The translations under genes and the position numbers were made by a program. A stretch of 64,000 nt of DNA from Chloroflexota bacterium (lineage in GTDB: Bacteria; Chloroflexota; Dehalococcoidia; Lucifugimonadales; JADFKI01), in assembly GCA_027623195.1 (NCBI GenBank), contig JAQBUT010000006.1, forward strand, positions 32,001 to 96,000, in the 5' to 3' direction. The notes beneath the pieces are model-generated. The model saw nothing but the letters and a program-made list of their open reading frames with translations. It did not search any database and was not told where the DNA came from. Positions 48,460-58,134 of the stretch are shown one piece after another; the first letter of the stretch is position 1; the number at the start of each line of letters is the position of its first letter.

Positions 48460-49851
48460 ATGAGCGAGATCATTTACCAGTCGGCGAAGCAGATAGCCCA
48501 GTCCATCAGGGAAAAGAAAGTCTCGGCATCTGAGGTACTGGAGGCCCACCTGTCTCGCATTGAGGAGGTTAATCCTGCCTTGAATGCTGTGGTGCAGTTC
48601 GCAACCGACAGGGCGCGCGCAGAGGCCAGGCAGGCCGACGACGCGTTGGCTCGCGGCGACAGCATAGGCCCTCTGCATGGGGTGCCCTTCACGCTGAAGG
48701 ATTCTATCGACACTGAAGGCGTCATTACCACGGGCGGCACCATGGGCAGGGCCAACTTCGTGCCGGATGAAGACGCCACGGTAGCGGCTAGGCTCCGTAA
48801 AGCGGGGGCCATCCTCATGGGCAAGACCAATACCCCCGAGCTGACGCTGGCAGGCGAGACCAATAACCTGGTTTACGGCCAGACCAACAATCCCTTCGAC
48901 GTAACGCGCACCACTGGCGGCAGTTCCGGCGGCGCAGGGGCCATTGTGACGACTGGCGGAGCGCCATTCGACATCGGCAGCGACACGGGCGGAAGCATTC
49001 GATACCCAACGCACTTTTGCGGCATCGCAGGCATCAAGCCCAACTCAGGCCGCGTGCCCAGGACAGGCCACATAGTGCCGTATGCTATGGGCGCGGTGGA
49101 CTCCCTAACGCAAAACGGCCCTATGGCAAGGTTCGTAGAGGACCTCTCCCTGATATTGCCCATAATCTCTGGCCCAGACTGGAAGGACCCTTATATCGTC
49201 CCTATGCCTTTAGGGGACCCGGCAGATGTTGAAATCGCCGGATTGCGAGTCTGTGTGTACACCGACAACGGCATCCAGACACCGACTGCCGAGACTATTG
49301 CGGCAGTAAACGCTGCAGCCAAGGCCCTATCCGACGCCGGCTTGGCGGTGACTGAAGACCTACCCAAGGTCATAACGGAAAACCCGGAAATCAGCAACGA
49401 CCTGTCGGGCTCAGACGGGCGCGCCTGGACACAACGCCTTTTGGATAAGTACGGAACCCGAGAGAGCCACCCGTGGCTGGTGCGACGCATGGCCAAGGCG
49501 AATCCGTTATCGGTTGGCGAATACTCAGCCATGCTGGAGAAGGTCGACACATTCCGCAGTGACATGCTCGCTTTCATGGAGAGCTACGACGTAATCATAT
49601 GCCCCGTGGCCGCCTTCCCAGCGCTGCCTCACGGAATGTCGTTAGAAGACGAGTTCACCCCGGGCATGAGCTACACCGGAACCTACAACATCACCGGTTG
49701 GCCTGCTGCTGTGGTGCGATGTGGCACCTCTCCTGATGCGCTGCCCATCGGCGTGCAGATCGTGGCCCGGCCCTGGCGCGAGGATGTGGCGCTGGCCGTG
49801 GCACAGCACCTGGAAACGGCGCTAGGCGGCTGGCAAAAGCCACCTATGTAG
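48460..49851 (+). CDS. Amidase signature family enzyme
   Basis: GVPFTLKD, GKTNTPE, GGSSGG, GSDTGGSIR. Confidence 0.94.
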   Translation: MSEIIYQSAKQIAQSIREKKVSASEVLEAHLSRIEEVNPALNAVVQFATDRARAEARQADDALARGDSIGPLHGVPFTLKDSIDTEGVITTGGTMGRANFVPDEDATVAARLRKAGAILMGKTNTPELTLAGETNNLVYGQTNNPFDVTRTTGGSSGGAGAIVTTGGAPFDIGSDTGGSIRYPTHFCGIAGIKPNSGRVPRTGHIVPYAMGAVDSLTQNGPMARFVEDLSLILPIISGPDWKDPYIVPMPLGDPADVEIAGLRVCVYTDNGIQTPTAETIAAVNAAAKALSDAGLAVTEDLPKVITENPEISNDLSGSDGRAWTQRLLDKYGTRESHPWLVRRMAKANPLSVGEYSAMLEKVDTFRSDMLAFMESYDVIICPVAAFPALPHGMSLEDEFTPGMSYTGTYNITGWPAAVVRCGTSPDALPIGVQIVARPWREDVALAVAQHLETALGGWQKPPM

Positions 49852-49892
49852 TCCGGTTCAACGGCGGGACATCGTAAAGTTTTTTTACGAGC

Positions 49893-49956
49893 ATCCTTCG
49901 ACAGGCTCAGAGCGAACCTACCCACTGCTGATAGCGTTCACGGTGAGCCTGTCGAA
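49893..49956 (+). repeat. Composite palindromic repeat between convergent genes
   Basis: TTCGACAGGCTCA ... TGAGCCTGTCGAA inverted arms. Confidence 0.75.
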
Positions 49957-50000
49957 ACATTGATCGCGCCAACCTTGTGTTGTAGGCGCAAACATACTGA

Positions 50001-51230
50001 CTAAAGTATCGCGCCTGCGTCCTGGAACCGCGTTATGTCGTCCCAATCGTAGCCAAGCTCGTCCACCAGTATGGCCTCAGTGTGCTGGCCCAACTCCGGC
50101 GCTTCCCTACGAATGCTGGCTGGAGTCTCGCTGAACGTCACCGGGAAATTGCACATCTGAATCGGTCCAAGAGCAGGATGATTGAAATCAGTAATGTAGT
50201 CGTTAGCTATAACCTGAGGGTCATCTTTTAGCTCTCCCACCGACTGTACCTTGGCGTAGATGAATCCCAACTCGCGGAAGATGGCGTCCCACTCCTTGAA
50301 TGTCTTTGTGGCGAACTGCTTATCCAGAATTACGACCAGCTCCGGCCCATGGTCACCTATTTGGTTTGGATCCCCCAGAACAGGGTCCTCCAACAAATAA
50401 TCCAGCCCCATGGCCTTAACAAAATCCAGCCAATAGCGGGCAGGCTGAGGGTTCATTACCTGGATCCAAGCGCCTTCCTTACACTGGTAAAGGTTGGCCA
50501 TTGGGTTTCGTGGCTTGGTGCGCTCGACTACCGATGAGTAGGCGCCGCCCAGCAAAGACATGCCCACGAAAAGGCCCTGCAGCCACATTGTGCTACTGAG
50601 GTGCGATACCTCCACTTTTTGACCCACACCATCGCGAACGCGGGCCATCAGCGCCCCCAGAACTCCCAAGCAGAGCGTAATGCCACCAATCTGGTCCGAT
50701 ACTGCGGCCGCTACCTTATTCGGATGTTCTGCACCGGGAGGCGTCGCAGACATCATCAGGCCAGCCCGGGCCTGCCCACAACCGTCCAGCGATGGCAGAT
50801 GGGCATCTGGTCCTTTGGATCCGAATCCTGAGGCCGAGCCGTATATCAGCCTGGGATTGATCTTCTTGAGAGTCTCGTAATCCATGCCCAGACGTTCGGC
50901 CACACCGTTGCGGAAGTTTTCGATGAAGACGTCTGCTTCTTTCACGAGCTTGTAGGCTATCTCCTTGCCCTCTTCGGTCTTGAGGTCCACAGCCAAGCCG
51001 CGTTTGTTGCGATTGCAAGTCTCGAAATAAGCGTTTCTCCCGCCCTCCAGAGTCACCATCGAACTGTTGAACGTGGCCAGAGCGCGGCCAACGTCACCAT
51101 CCAGAGCCTCGATCTTTATTACGTCAGCGCCCATGTCGCCAAGCATAGAGGAGGCTACAGGTCCAAACTGCCACATCGTCCAGTCCAATACTTTGATACC
51201 CTCTAGCGGTCCATTCGCGTCCCCGGTCAT
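50001..51230 (-). CDS. CaiB/BaiF family III CoA-transferase
   Basis: GP.AS.MLGDMGADVIKIE, NRNKR, ENFR.G, APELGQHT. Confidence 0.93.
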   Translation of the reverse strand: MTGDANGPLEGIKVLDWTMWQFGPVASSMLGDMGADVIKIEALDGDVGRALATFNSSMVTLEGGRNAYFETCNRNKRGLAVDLKTEEGKEIAYKLVKEADVFIENFRNGVAERLGMDYETLKKINPRLIYGSASGFGSKGPDAHLPSLDGCGQARAGLMMSATPPGAEHPNKVAAAVSDQIGGITLCLGVLGALMARVRDGVGQKVEVSHLSSTMWLQGLFVGMSLLGGAYSSVVERTKPRNPMANLYQCKEGAWIQVMNPQPARYWLDFVKAMGLDYLLEDPVLGDPNQIGDHGPELVVILDKQFATKTFKEWDAIFRELGFIYAKVQSVGELKDDPQVIANDYITDFNHPALGPIQMCNFPVTFSETPASIRREAPELGQHTEAILVDELGYDWDDITRFQDAGAIL

Positions 51231-51420
51231 TTGCCCACCTCATTTTATGTCTATTGGAATTTCCGACAGTTTAGCAGCATATATCAGGCAAGCCAACTGA
51301 ACGATTGCTTATACGTTTATATCTATATAGGATTCTTAAGACCCCGCCACAGCCTTTATCTAAAGGTCCTCAGAAAAGTCCTCCGCTCACAACAGAGGGA
51401 TAGAACTGAACAACTCCGTT

Positions 51421-52458
51421 TTGGACAATGATGAAGGGGAAGCTCAACCCCAAGGAATGGCTTTGCTGCCGCAATGGAACCGGCGGGCGTATGCAACATG
51501 GCTTCTATTAGCCCTTAACTTGCTGGTGTGGGTCGCTATGGAACTCAAGGGCGGCTCGCAGAACCAGGGCGTACTTCTCGCATTCGGAGCTATGTTTGGA
51601 CCACTGATCGCCAGCGGCGAATACTGGCGTCTTTTCACCGCGATGTTCCTTCACGTGGGCGCCATGCACCTGATTTTCAATGGACTGGGGCTGCTGATCT
51701 TCGGAAAGCTGGCCGAGCGCACATTCGGGTTATCTAGGTTCGTAATCATCTACCTCCTGGCCGGGCTTTCGGGCAGTGTGGCCAGCTACGCTTTCAACGA
51801 CATCGCCATAGGCGCAGGCGCCAGCGGGGCGATTTTCGGAATCCTGGGAGCGCTGGCAGCATTCTACCTGGTCCGACGAGACACTCTGGGGAAAATGGGC
51901 CGGCAGAACCTGGTCGGCCTGCTGATGATTGCCGCGTTCAATCTTATATTGGGATTCATCGTTGAAGGAATCGACAATTGGGCCCACATGGGCGGACTAG
52001 TCGGCGGCTTCCTGCTTGGCCTGGCCTTTGCACCCAATTACCAGACTTTGTCCAAAGGCTTCTTCGGACGCTCCTCCCGAATTGTGGATACTTCGTCCTT
52101 GGCCAAGCGCTGGTGGGTGGTCCCCCTGGCTCTGGTCGTCCTGGCAGTGGGGGCGAGAGTGGCTACATCAGGCGCGTCGGACGTGGCCCTGGCGCACACG
52201 CACGTCGTACAGGCGGAGAAGTACCTGAAGGAACAGGACTACGGTGAAGCCATGAAAGAGATAGAGCGTGCCATCGAGATGGACTCGTCCAACGGAGAGG
52301 CGTTCTACATTCGCGGGAAGATCATGGCAGAGCTAGGCAACACAGCGCAGGCAATCACAGACCTCAGCGCATCCTTGAGACTGGGCACTGACCCCGAAAG
52401 CAGGAGCGACGCCATAGGTACCCTGGTCAGCTTACGAAGCAACAGCCGCGGTTACTAG
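51421..52458 (+). CDS. Rhomboid intramembrane serine protease with C-terminal TPR domain
   Basis: WRLFTAMFLH, H..FN, GASGAIFG, AHMGG..GG; TPR-like helices at the C-terminus; start may be ATG 51457. Confidence 0.92.
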   Translation: MDNDEGEAQPQGMALLPQWNRRAYATWLLLALNLLVWVAMELKGGSQNQGVLLAFGAMFGPLIASGEYWRLFTAMFLHVGAMHLIFNGLGLLIFGKLAERTFGLSRFVIIYLLAGLSGSVASYAFNDIAIGAGASGAIFGILGALAAFYLVRRDTLGKMGRQNLVGLLMIAAFNLILGFIVEGIDNWAHMGGLVGGFLLGLAFAPNYQTLSKGFFGRSSRIVDTSSLAKRWWVVPLALVVLAVGARVATSGASDVALAHTHVVQAEKYLKEQDYGEAMKEIERAIEMDSSNGEAFYIRGKIMAELGNTAQAITDLSASLRLGTDPESRSDAIGTLVSLRSNSRGY

Positions 52459-53168
52459 TCCCGGAAACGCAGGCCTACTTCGGCGTGCTCCAGCAGGCGG
52501 CCATTGCGGATCTCCTTCACCTCGTCTGCCATGGACAGCAGCGTGGAATCATGAGTAGCGGCGACCACGCTAATGCCTTGCTTGACCACCATGTCCTTGA
52601 ATAAGCCAAAGATAGAGTGGGCGTTATTGGAGTCCAGTTCCCCTGTCGGCTCGTCGGCAAGAATGACGGATGGCCTGATGACTATGGCGCGGGCGATTGC
52701 GACGCGCTGCTGCTCTCCCCCGGACAGTTCATAAGGCCTGTGCTTGGCCCGATTCCACAGTCCCACGATCTCCAGGGCCTCTCGGGTGCGCTCCTCGCGC
52801 TCTCGGGTGCCGACGCCGGAAATACGTAGCGGCAACTCGACATTTTCCAACGCGGACAGCAACGGCAATAGACCAAAGGACTGGAACACGAACCCAATTC
52901 GATGCCTGCGAAGGTTCGTGAGGTCATCCTCGCTCATATTCGCCAGGTCGCGCTCCTCGAAGAGCACCTGCCCCCCGGACGGCTTGTCCAGACCGGCCAT
53001 GATGTTAAGCAGTGACGTTTTACCCGAGCCGGAGCGGCCCACCACCGCCACGAACTGACCGGGAAATATGTTGAGGCTGATGTCACGCAGGGCGTGCACC
53101 TCCTCCGAACCCAGCATGTAGGTCCGGGAAAGGTCTACCGCCGCCAGCAGCCTCTGCACTCTTACCAA
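52455..53168 (-). CDS. ABC transporter ATP-binding protein (LolD/MacB-like)
   Basis: GRSGSGKT, LSGGEQQR, LADEPTGELD, THD. Confidence 0.95.
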   Translation of the reverse strand: MVRVQRLLAAVDLSRTYMLGSEEVHALRDISLNIFPGQFVAVVGRSGSGKTSLLNIMAGLDKPSGGQVLFEERDLANMSEDDLTNLRRHRIGFVFQSFGLLPLLSALENVELPLRISGVGTREREERTREALEIVGLWNRAKHRPYELSGGEQQRVAIARAIVIRPSVILADEPTGELDSNNAHSIFGLFKDMVVKQGISVVAATHDSTLLSMADEVKEIRNGRLLEHAEVGLRFRD

Positions 53169-53209
53169 GTTACCGCTCCACTGTTTTATTCAAAATATCC
53201 TACTGAGGC

Positions 53210-54097
53210 TTACTCATCCGAGACTATCGTAACCTTGCCGTCTTCGATTCTCAGGCGGGCACGATCCTTAATATTAAGCTGGTCCAGCACATCTCTGGGA
53301 ATTTGCACACGACCGCTGCCGTCCACCAGGATGAACTCTTCCAGTGGTTGATCGGTATCCGGCACACCGGACAGTCTTTGAAACGTAACCCTGCGCCTGA
53401 CCTCAGTGGCCATCTTCCCGTCGCGGATCATCACCACCCTGCCGACCTTGTACGCGATGTCGGGATCGTGGGTCACAATGAGAATAGTGGTGCCCCTCTC
53501 ACTGTTTATGGTGCCAAACAGGTCCAGAATCTCCGCGGCGGTGTTGTCGTCCAGTTCCCCTGTGGGCTCGTCGGCCAGAAGCAAGGGCGGGTTATTGGCC
53601 AGCGCTATGGCGATGGCCACACGCTGCTGCTCACCACCCGATAGCTTCTCTGGAGTGTGGCCCATGCGATGGCCAAGGCCAACCAGGTCCAGAAGTTCCT
53701 CGGCTCGGCTCTGGCGGCCGTCTGCGGATGTGTTAGTCAACATCATGGGTAGGGCTACGTTTTCTACGGCAGACAGGTAGGGAAACATGTTGCGACTGGT
53801 CTGTTGCCAGATGAAGCCAACCTCTTCCCTACGGTAAAGCTCGACCTCTTTTCCGGTCATCCTTAACAGGTCTTTGTCGCCAACGGTAACACGTCCGGCC
53901 GACGGCGCGTCGTAGCCTGCCAGTATGTTCAGCAGGGTACTTTTGCCGCTGCCGCTAGCGCCTACGATAGCGATAACTTCGCCGCGCTCCACGTTGAGGT
54001 CCAGGCCGCGCAAAGCCACGACTTCAAGATCAGCGATCTTGTATATCTTAAACAGGTCCTCGCACCGAATGTAGGCTCCCGTTTCGGGATAGGTCAT
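53210..54097 (-). CDS. ABC transporter ATP-binding protein (LolD/MacB-like) with C-terminal AbrB-like extension
   Basis: GASGSGKS, LSGGEQQR, LADEPTGELD; tail VDGSGRVQIPR. Confidence 0.94.
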   Translation of the reverse strand: MTYPETGAYIRCEDLFKIYKIADLEVVALRGLDLNVERGEVIAIVGASGSGKSTLLNILAGYDAPSAGRVTVGDKDLLRMTGKEVELYRREEVGFIWQQTSRNMFPYLSAVENVALPMMLTNTSADGRQSRAEELLDLVGLGHRMGHTPEKLSGGEQQRVAIAIALANNPPLLLADEPTGELDDNTAAEILDLFGTINSERGTTILIVTHDPDIAYKVGRVVMIRDGKMATEVRRRVTFQRLSGVPDTDQPLEEFILVDGSGRVQIPRDVLDQLNIKDRARLRIEDGKVTIVSDE

Positions 54098-54426
54098 GTA
54101 GACTCCTGCGGGTCTGAGCTAAGTCCACCCATCATACCCGCATTCTCCTGACTGCCACAACAAGACTGGCGGCTAAGGCTACTGGCATTCTTCTACGTTG
54201 GGCAACGCGCAGATCAGCGTGACGAAATATGCCGGTCTCACCGTTTAATACGCCTGTTACGTCGTTCACGGATTCAGGTGAGGCGAGCGGATGGCGCTTT
54301 CAGTATCTCGACACTAGAGTTCCCAATCCCTCAAGATGAAATTCAAATCGTGCAATGTTATTCTATTCTCCGAACCGCACAAACGACCAAAAACGGTGTC
54401 AAATGACAAGCGGAGTAAGAGATTAG

Positions 54427-55620
54427 ATGGACTTCAAGCTCACGGAGGAACAGGAACAGATCGTTGAAAAGGCCAGGTGGTTGGCGGAGGAAAAGCTAGC
54501 CCCTCGCGCGCAGCACTACGACAAGACCGGCACCCATCCCAAGGAAAGCTGGAACGACATCTGGGAGAGTGGGTTTTTAGGCATCGCCATACCGAAAGAG
54601 TTCGGTGGACTCGGTCTGGATATGCTGACCTACGCCCTTGTGATTGAGACTCTTACGCAGGGCTGCACCAGCACTGGCATGACGGTCCATATGCACTCCG
54701 TCGTGCAGCGGTTCATCTCTGAACTGGGCACGCAAGAGCAGAAGGAGAAGTTCTACGCAGAGGTTATCGATGACGGCAGGGTCTTCGGCAGTTGGGGCAG
54801 CGAGCCCAATCGCCGTGGCGGCACCGGCGTTGGTGATACTGTTGTTTCCAAACGAGAGGGCGGCTACTACCTCAACGGTCGCAAGCATTTCTGCACCATG
54901 GCGGGCGCAACACGGCGAAGCATCGTGCACTCCACTATGGAGGGAATGGACTCCGTCAGCGGTTACATCCTTGCCATCCCATCTGAAGACGCTCCGGGGC
55001 AGACCATTGTTGGCGAGTGGGACGTTTTGGGGATGCGGGCTACCGTTAGCCCAGGGGTTGCATTCGAGAACTGCGAGTTGGCGGAGGACGAGATACTGGG
55101 CCAACCAGGCAGAGGCGACAAACTCGGCATCGGCCAAAGCTTCGGCCTGGGTTACGCCTCGGTTTACCTGGGCGCTGCTCAGAGAGCCCTGGACTTCGTG
55201 AAGGACTACTCCAAGACGCACCGATTCGACCCGGAGCCTGTGCCGCTGTCTCACAGCCTGGTCGTCCAGCGCCGCGTGACCGAAATGACCATGGCCTTGG
55301 AGGGCGCACGCCTGTCGATCTACAAGGCGGCAAGCCTTTGGGCGGATGCTAATCCCTTCGAAAGGGCCGTGCTTTCTGCCAAGGCAAAATACATGGCCAC
55401 CGAGGCCGCGCTAATGGTTACGGAGAAGGCCATCCAGACCGTGGGCGGACGCAGCGCTCACGTAAGTATTCCGTTGGGGCGAATTTTCCGCGACGTGCGC
55501 ACATGCACTCTTATGCCTCCCAACAGCGACAGGCAGATGGAGATCATAGGCAGGGCGGAGATGCAGGTGGACAGCGAGGGCGACGACATGCTCAGCCGCC
55601 TCACCCACTTCGTCTCTTAG
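54427..55620 (+). CDS. Acyl-CoA dehydrogenase family protein
   Basis: MDFKLTEEQ, IPKEFGGLG, SEP, LNGRKHF, GMRAT.S, RIFRDVR. Confidence 0.9.
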   Translation: MDFKLTEEQEQIVEKARWLAEEKLAPRAQHYDKTGTHPKESWNDIWESGFLGIAIPKEFGGLGLDMLTYALVIETLTQGCTSTGMTVHMHSVVQRFISELGTQEQKEKFYAEVIDDGRVFGSWGSEPNRRGGTGVGDTVVSKREGGYYLNGRKHFCTMAGATRRSIVHSTMEGMDSVSGYILAIPSEDAPGQTIVGEWDVLGMRATVSPGVAFENCELAEDEILGQPGRGDKLGIGQSFGLGYASVYLGAAQRALDFVKDYSKTHRFDPEPVPLSHSLVVQRRVTEMTMALEGARLSIYKAASLWADANPFERAVLSAKAKYMATEAALMVTEKAIQTVGGRSAHVSIPLGRIFRDVRTCTLMPPNSDRQMEIIGRAEMQVDSEGDDMLSRLTHFVS

Positions 55621-55726
55621 TTTCGTTTATAGCAAAGGTATCCGGGAAACGTCCCGATATTTACTTCCAGACTTTTGCATTTGCTGCTCTTTGCACTAAA
55701 CAGAGAAGGCTAATGCAGAAAGCGAA

Positions 55727-56347
55727 TCACGTACCAGGATGGGCCGCGATGGAGCCAAAGCTCTTGGACGCCACCTTGTCGCTAAAGGATAGCTCGGCGG
55801 ATATATCCACCTTGTTGGCCTCGATCTCTATACCAAGGCCTTCTGCGACGCGCACCTGGTAGGCGTAAAGGGCCGTTATGTGCACGATATCGATGATGTC
55901 CTCATCGGTCCAGCCCACATCTTTGAGAACATCGACGTTGGTCTGGGTCATGCTGGACGGGCTGACCGTTAGGAACTCGGCAAACTCCAGCATCGCCTCC
56001 TGTTTGGGCGTCAGGTCGGCGTGCCGATAGTCCTCTCCCAACTGCTGTGCAATTTTCGAATCAGGGGCCTCCTTACGCAGAGCCTCTGCGTGTGAGACTG
56101 TTCAATAAACGCACTCGTTGATGCCCGATACTACGGCGGCTATCATCTGGCGTTCTGCAGGCGTCAGGCCGGACTCGGTCTGCATGACGATCCTGGAATG
56201 CGACTCGATGGACTTCATGATGTGCGGTCGCGCCGCGTTCACCGCCAGCACGTTGGGGAGCATTCCTCGTTTTTGGTATACCTGATCGTATGCGTCCCTT
56301 ACCGGCCCATGGGAGTCTTCGTACCTCACGGTTTTTATGTATGCCAT
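55727..56347 (-). CDS. AhpD/CMD-like peroxidase-related protein, predicted selenoprotein (CxxU, 206 aa)
   Basis: ORFs 56102-56347 and 55727-56041 are in frame and joined by an open linker: ..VSGINECVY-UGA-TVSHAEALR..; hairpin just downstream of the UGA. Confidence 0.85.
56075..56091 (-). promoter_or_regulatory. Candidate bacterial SECIS element
   Basis: ACGCAGA-GGC-UCUGCGU hairpin starting 11 nt after the UGA, with G-rich apical loop. Confidence 0.6.
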
Positions 56348-56502
56348 TATTCTCTCCGAATGGGATGGTTTTGCGTGATGATACCCGACGAGGTCTCTTT
56401 TGCCAATGCCAGCGTCCCGCCAACACGCGCCTTGAAGCGCCTGCTTGACACATATGAAAGTTATGAGAAGATACCCAACATTCTACAAGGAGGTGCGGAA
56501 TA

Positions 56503-56841
56503 ATGAGCATCATTCGACTTTACACAGGCGACGACGGGGAAACTCACATCGAGGAGTTAGACCCGGAACAGCATACCGAGCTAACAGAATGGCACGACGC
56601 CAAGGTCGTTCGCTTCCGGACATCGCCAGCCGGATACTTTAGCGATTGGCACAATGCGCCTCGACGACAGTACGTAATCAACCTGTCGGGCCAGGTGGAA
56701 ATTGGACTGAAAGACGGCAGCCTGCACCAGTTCGGGCCAGGCCATGTCACACTGGCCGAAGATGTCACAGGCAACGGCCACACTACCAGGGTAATAGGTG
56801 ACGCACCTCGGGTGTCGGCCACCGTCACGCTTGAAGACTAG
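56503..56841 (+). CDS. Cupin-like small protein
   Basis: RLYTG.DGETH, WHNAPRRQY, AED.TG.GH; RBS AAGGAGG. Confidence 0.82.
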   Translation: MSIIRLYTGDDGETHIEELDPEQHTELTEWHDAKVVRFRTSPAGYFSDWHNAPRRQYVINLSGQVEIGLKDGSLHQFGPGHVTLAEDVTGNGHTTRVIGDAPRVSATVTLED

Positions 56842-56893
56842 CCCGGTCACAACTCAACCGGACCAACCTCACCCAGCAAGAAGGGACTGTGAA

Positions 56894-58069
56894 ATGACGC
56901 TAAAGCTAACAGACTTCAAACCACGTGGTCGGGCAATCAGCTCCGGCAGAGCCTTGCCGGATGACCTTCCCGAACGCTTCAGGACTATGTTGGAAAATGC
57001 GGAACGCCTGATAGCCGATGATTTTAAGGGCGTCACAGAGTCCGGCTCACCAGAATCGGGTCTGTATTCTATTAAAGGCGTGGCGGCGTCTAATGCAGGC
57101 GTTACCCGGGCGGCCAGGTCGTTCCTGGCCTCGCTAAGCGACGATCAGAGGGAGAGCACCCTGTTCTCCGTAGACAGCGATGCATGGAGGCGCTGGAGCA
57201 ACATCCACCCGTACCTGATGAGGCACGGGGCATTTATGGACGCGCTGGCCGAGTCGCAAAAAGACCTTGGCATGGCGCTGCTTCGGGAGAGCCTTAGCCC
57301 GCAGGGATTCAAAACGACCCAAGATATCATGAGGCTCAACGAGTCTATACGCGAAATAACAGGGCGCGATGACGAGTACGGGGAGTGGCTGTACTGGCTG
57401 AGCATCATGGGCGATCCGTCTGACACTCAGCCCTGGGGCTGGCAGATCGACGGCCACCACCTGATCATCAACTACTTCGTGCTGGGAAGTCAGGTTGTCG
57501 CTACGCCCGCCTTCATGGGCTCTGAGCCTGTCGCCGTCGACACGGGCAAATATGCAGGCACGCGTGTCTTCCGGGCTGAAGAAGAAAACGGGCTCGCCCT
57601 GGGCATGTCATTCTCTCCGGACCAGCGCGCCAAGGCCACCATCGCGGAAGACCTGCCCGGCGACGTCTTTACGTCAGCGTTCCGAGATAACTTCGAGATG
57701 CGCTACGAGGGGATTCGTTACGACGAGCTATCCGGCGACCAGCAAAACCTGGTGCTGACAATCATCGAGACGTACGTTGGCAGGATGCCCGAGGCGCACG
57801 CCAAGGCAAAGATGGCCGAGGTCCGGGCGCACATGGACAAGACGTACGTCGCGTGGATCGGCGGCTTCGGGGAGGACAGCGTCTTCTATTACAGGGTCCA
57901 CAGCCCCGTTATCCTGATCGAGTTCGATCATCAACGAGGCGTCGCTTTGGAAGATGATGAGCCCACCAGGAATCATATCCATACGGTGATGCGGACGCCC
58001 AACGGAAACGACTACGGCAGGGACCTGCTGCGCCAACACATGGAACAGCACCACGGGCATGGCGCCTGA
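56894..58069 (+). CDS. DUF3500 family protein
   Basis: WSN, PWGWQIDGHHL..N, TP.FMG.EP, YYRVHSP..LIEFD, NHIHTVMRTPNGNDYG. Confidence 0.85.
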   Translation: MTLKLTDFKPRGRAISSGRALPDDLPERFRTMLENAERLIADDFKGVTESGSPESGLYSIKGVAASNAGVTRAARSFLASLSDDQRESTLFSVDSDAWRRWSNIHPYLMRHGAFMDALAESQKDLGMALLRESLSPQGFKTTQDIMRLNESIREITGRDDEYGEWLYWLSIMGDPSDTQPWGWQIDGHHLIINYFVLGSQVVATPAFMGSEPVAVDTGKYAGTRVFRAEEENGLALGMSFSPDQRAKATIAEDLPGDVFTSAFRDNFEMRYEGIRYDELSGDQQNLVLTIIETYVGRMPEAHAKAKMAEVRAHMDKTYVAWIGGFGEDSVFYYRVHSPVILIEFDHQRGVALEDDEPTRNHIHTVMRTPNGNDYGRDLLRQHMEQHHGHGA

Positions 58070-58134
58070 CGATTAGTGCCATCTGATCGACCTACGCCCC
58101 CCCATGCTCTAAGCCGTATATATAAAATACGAAA

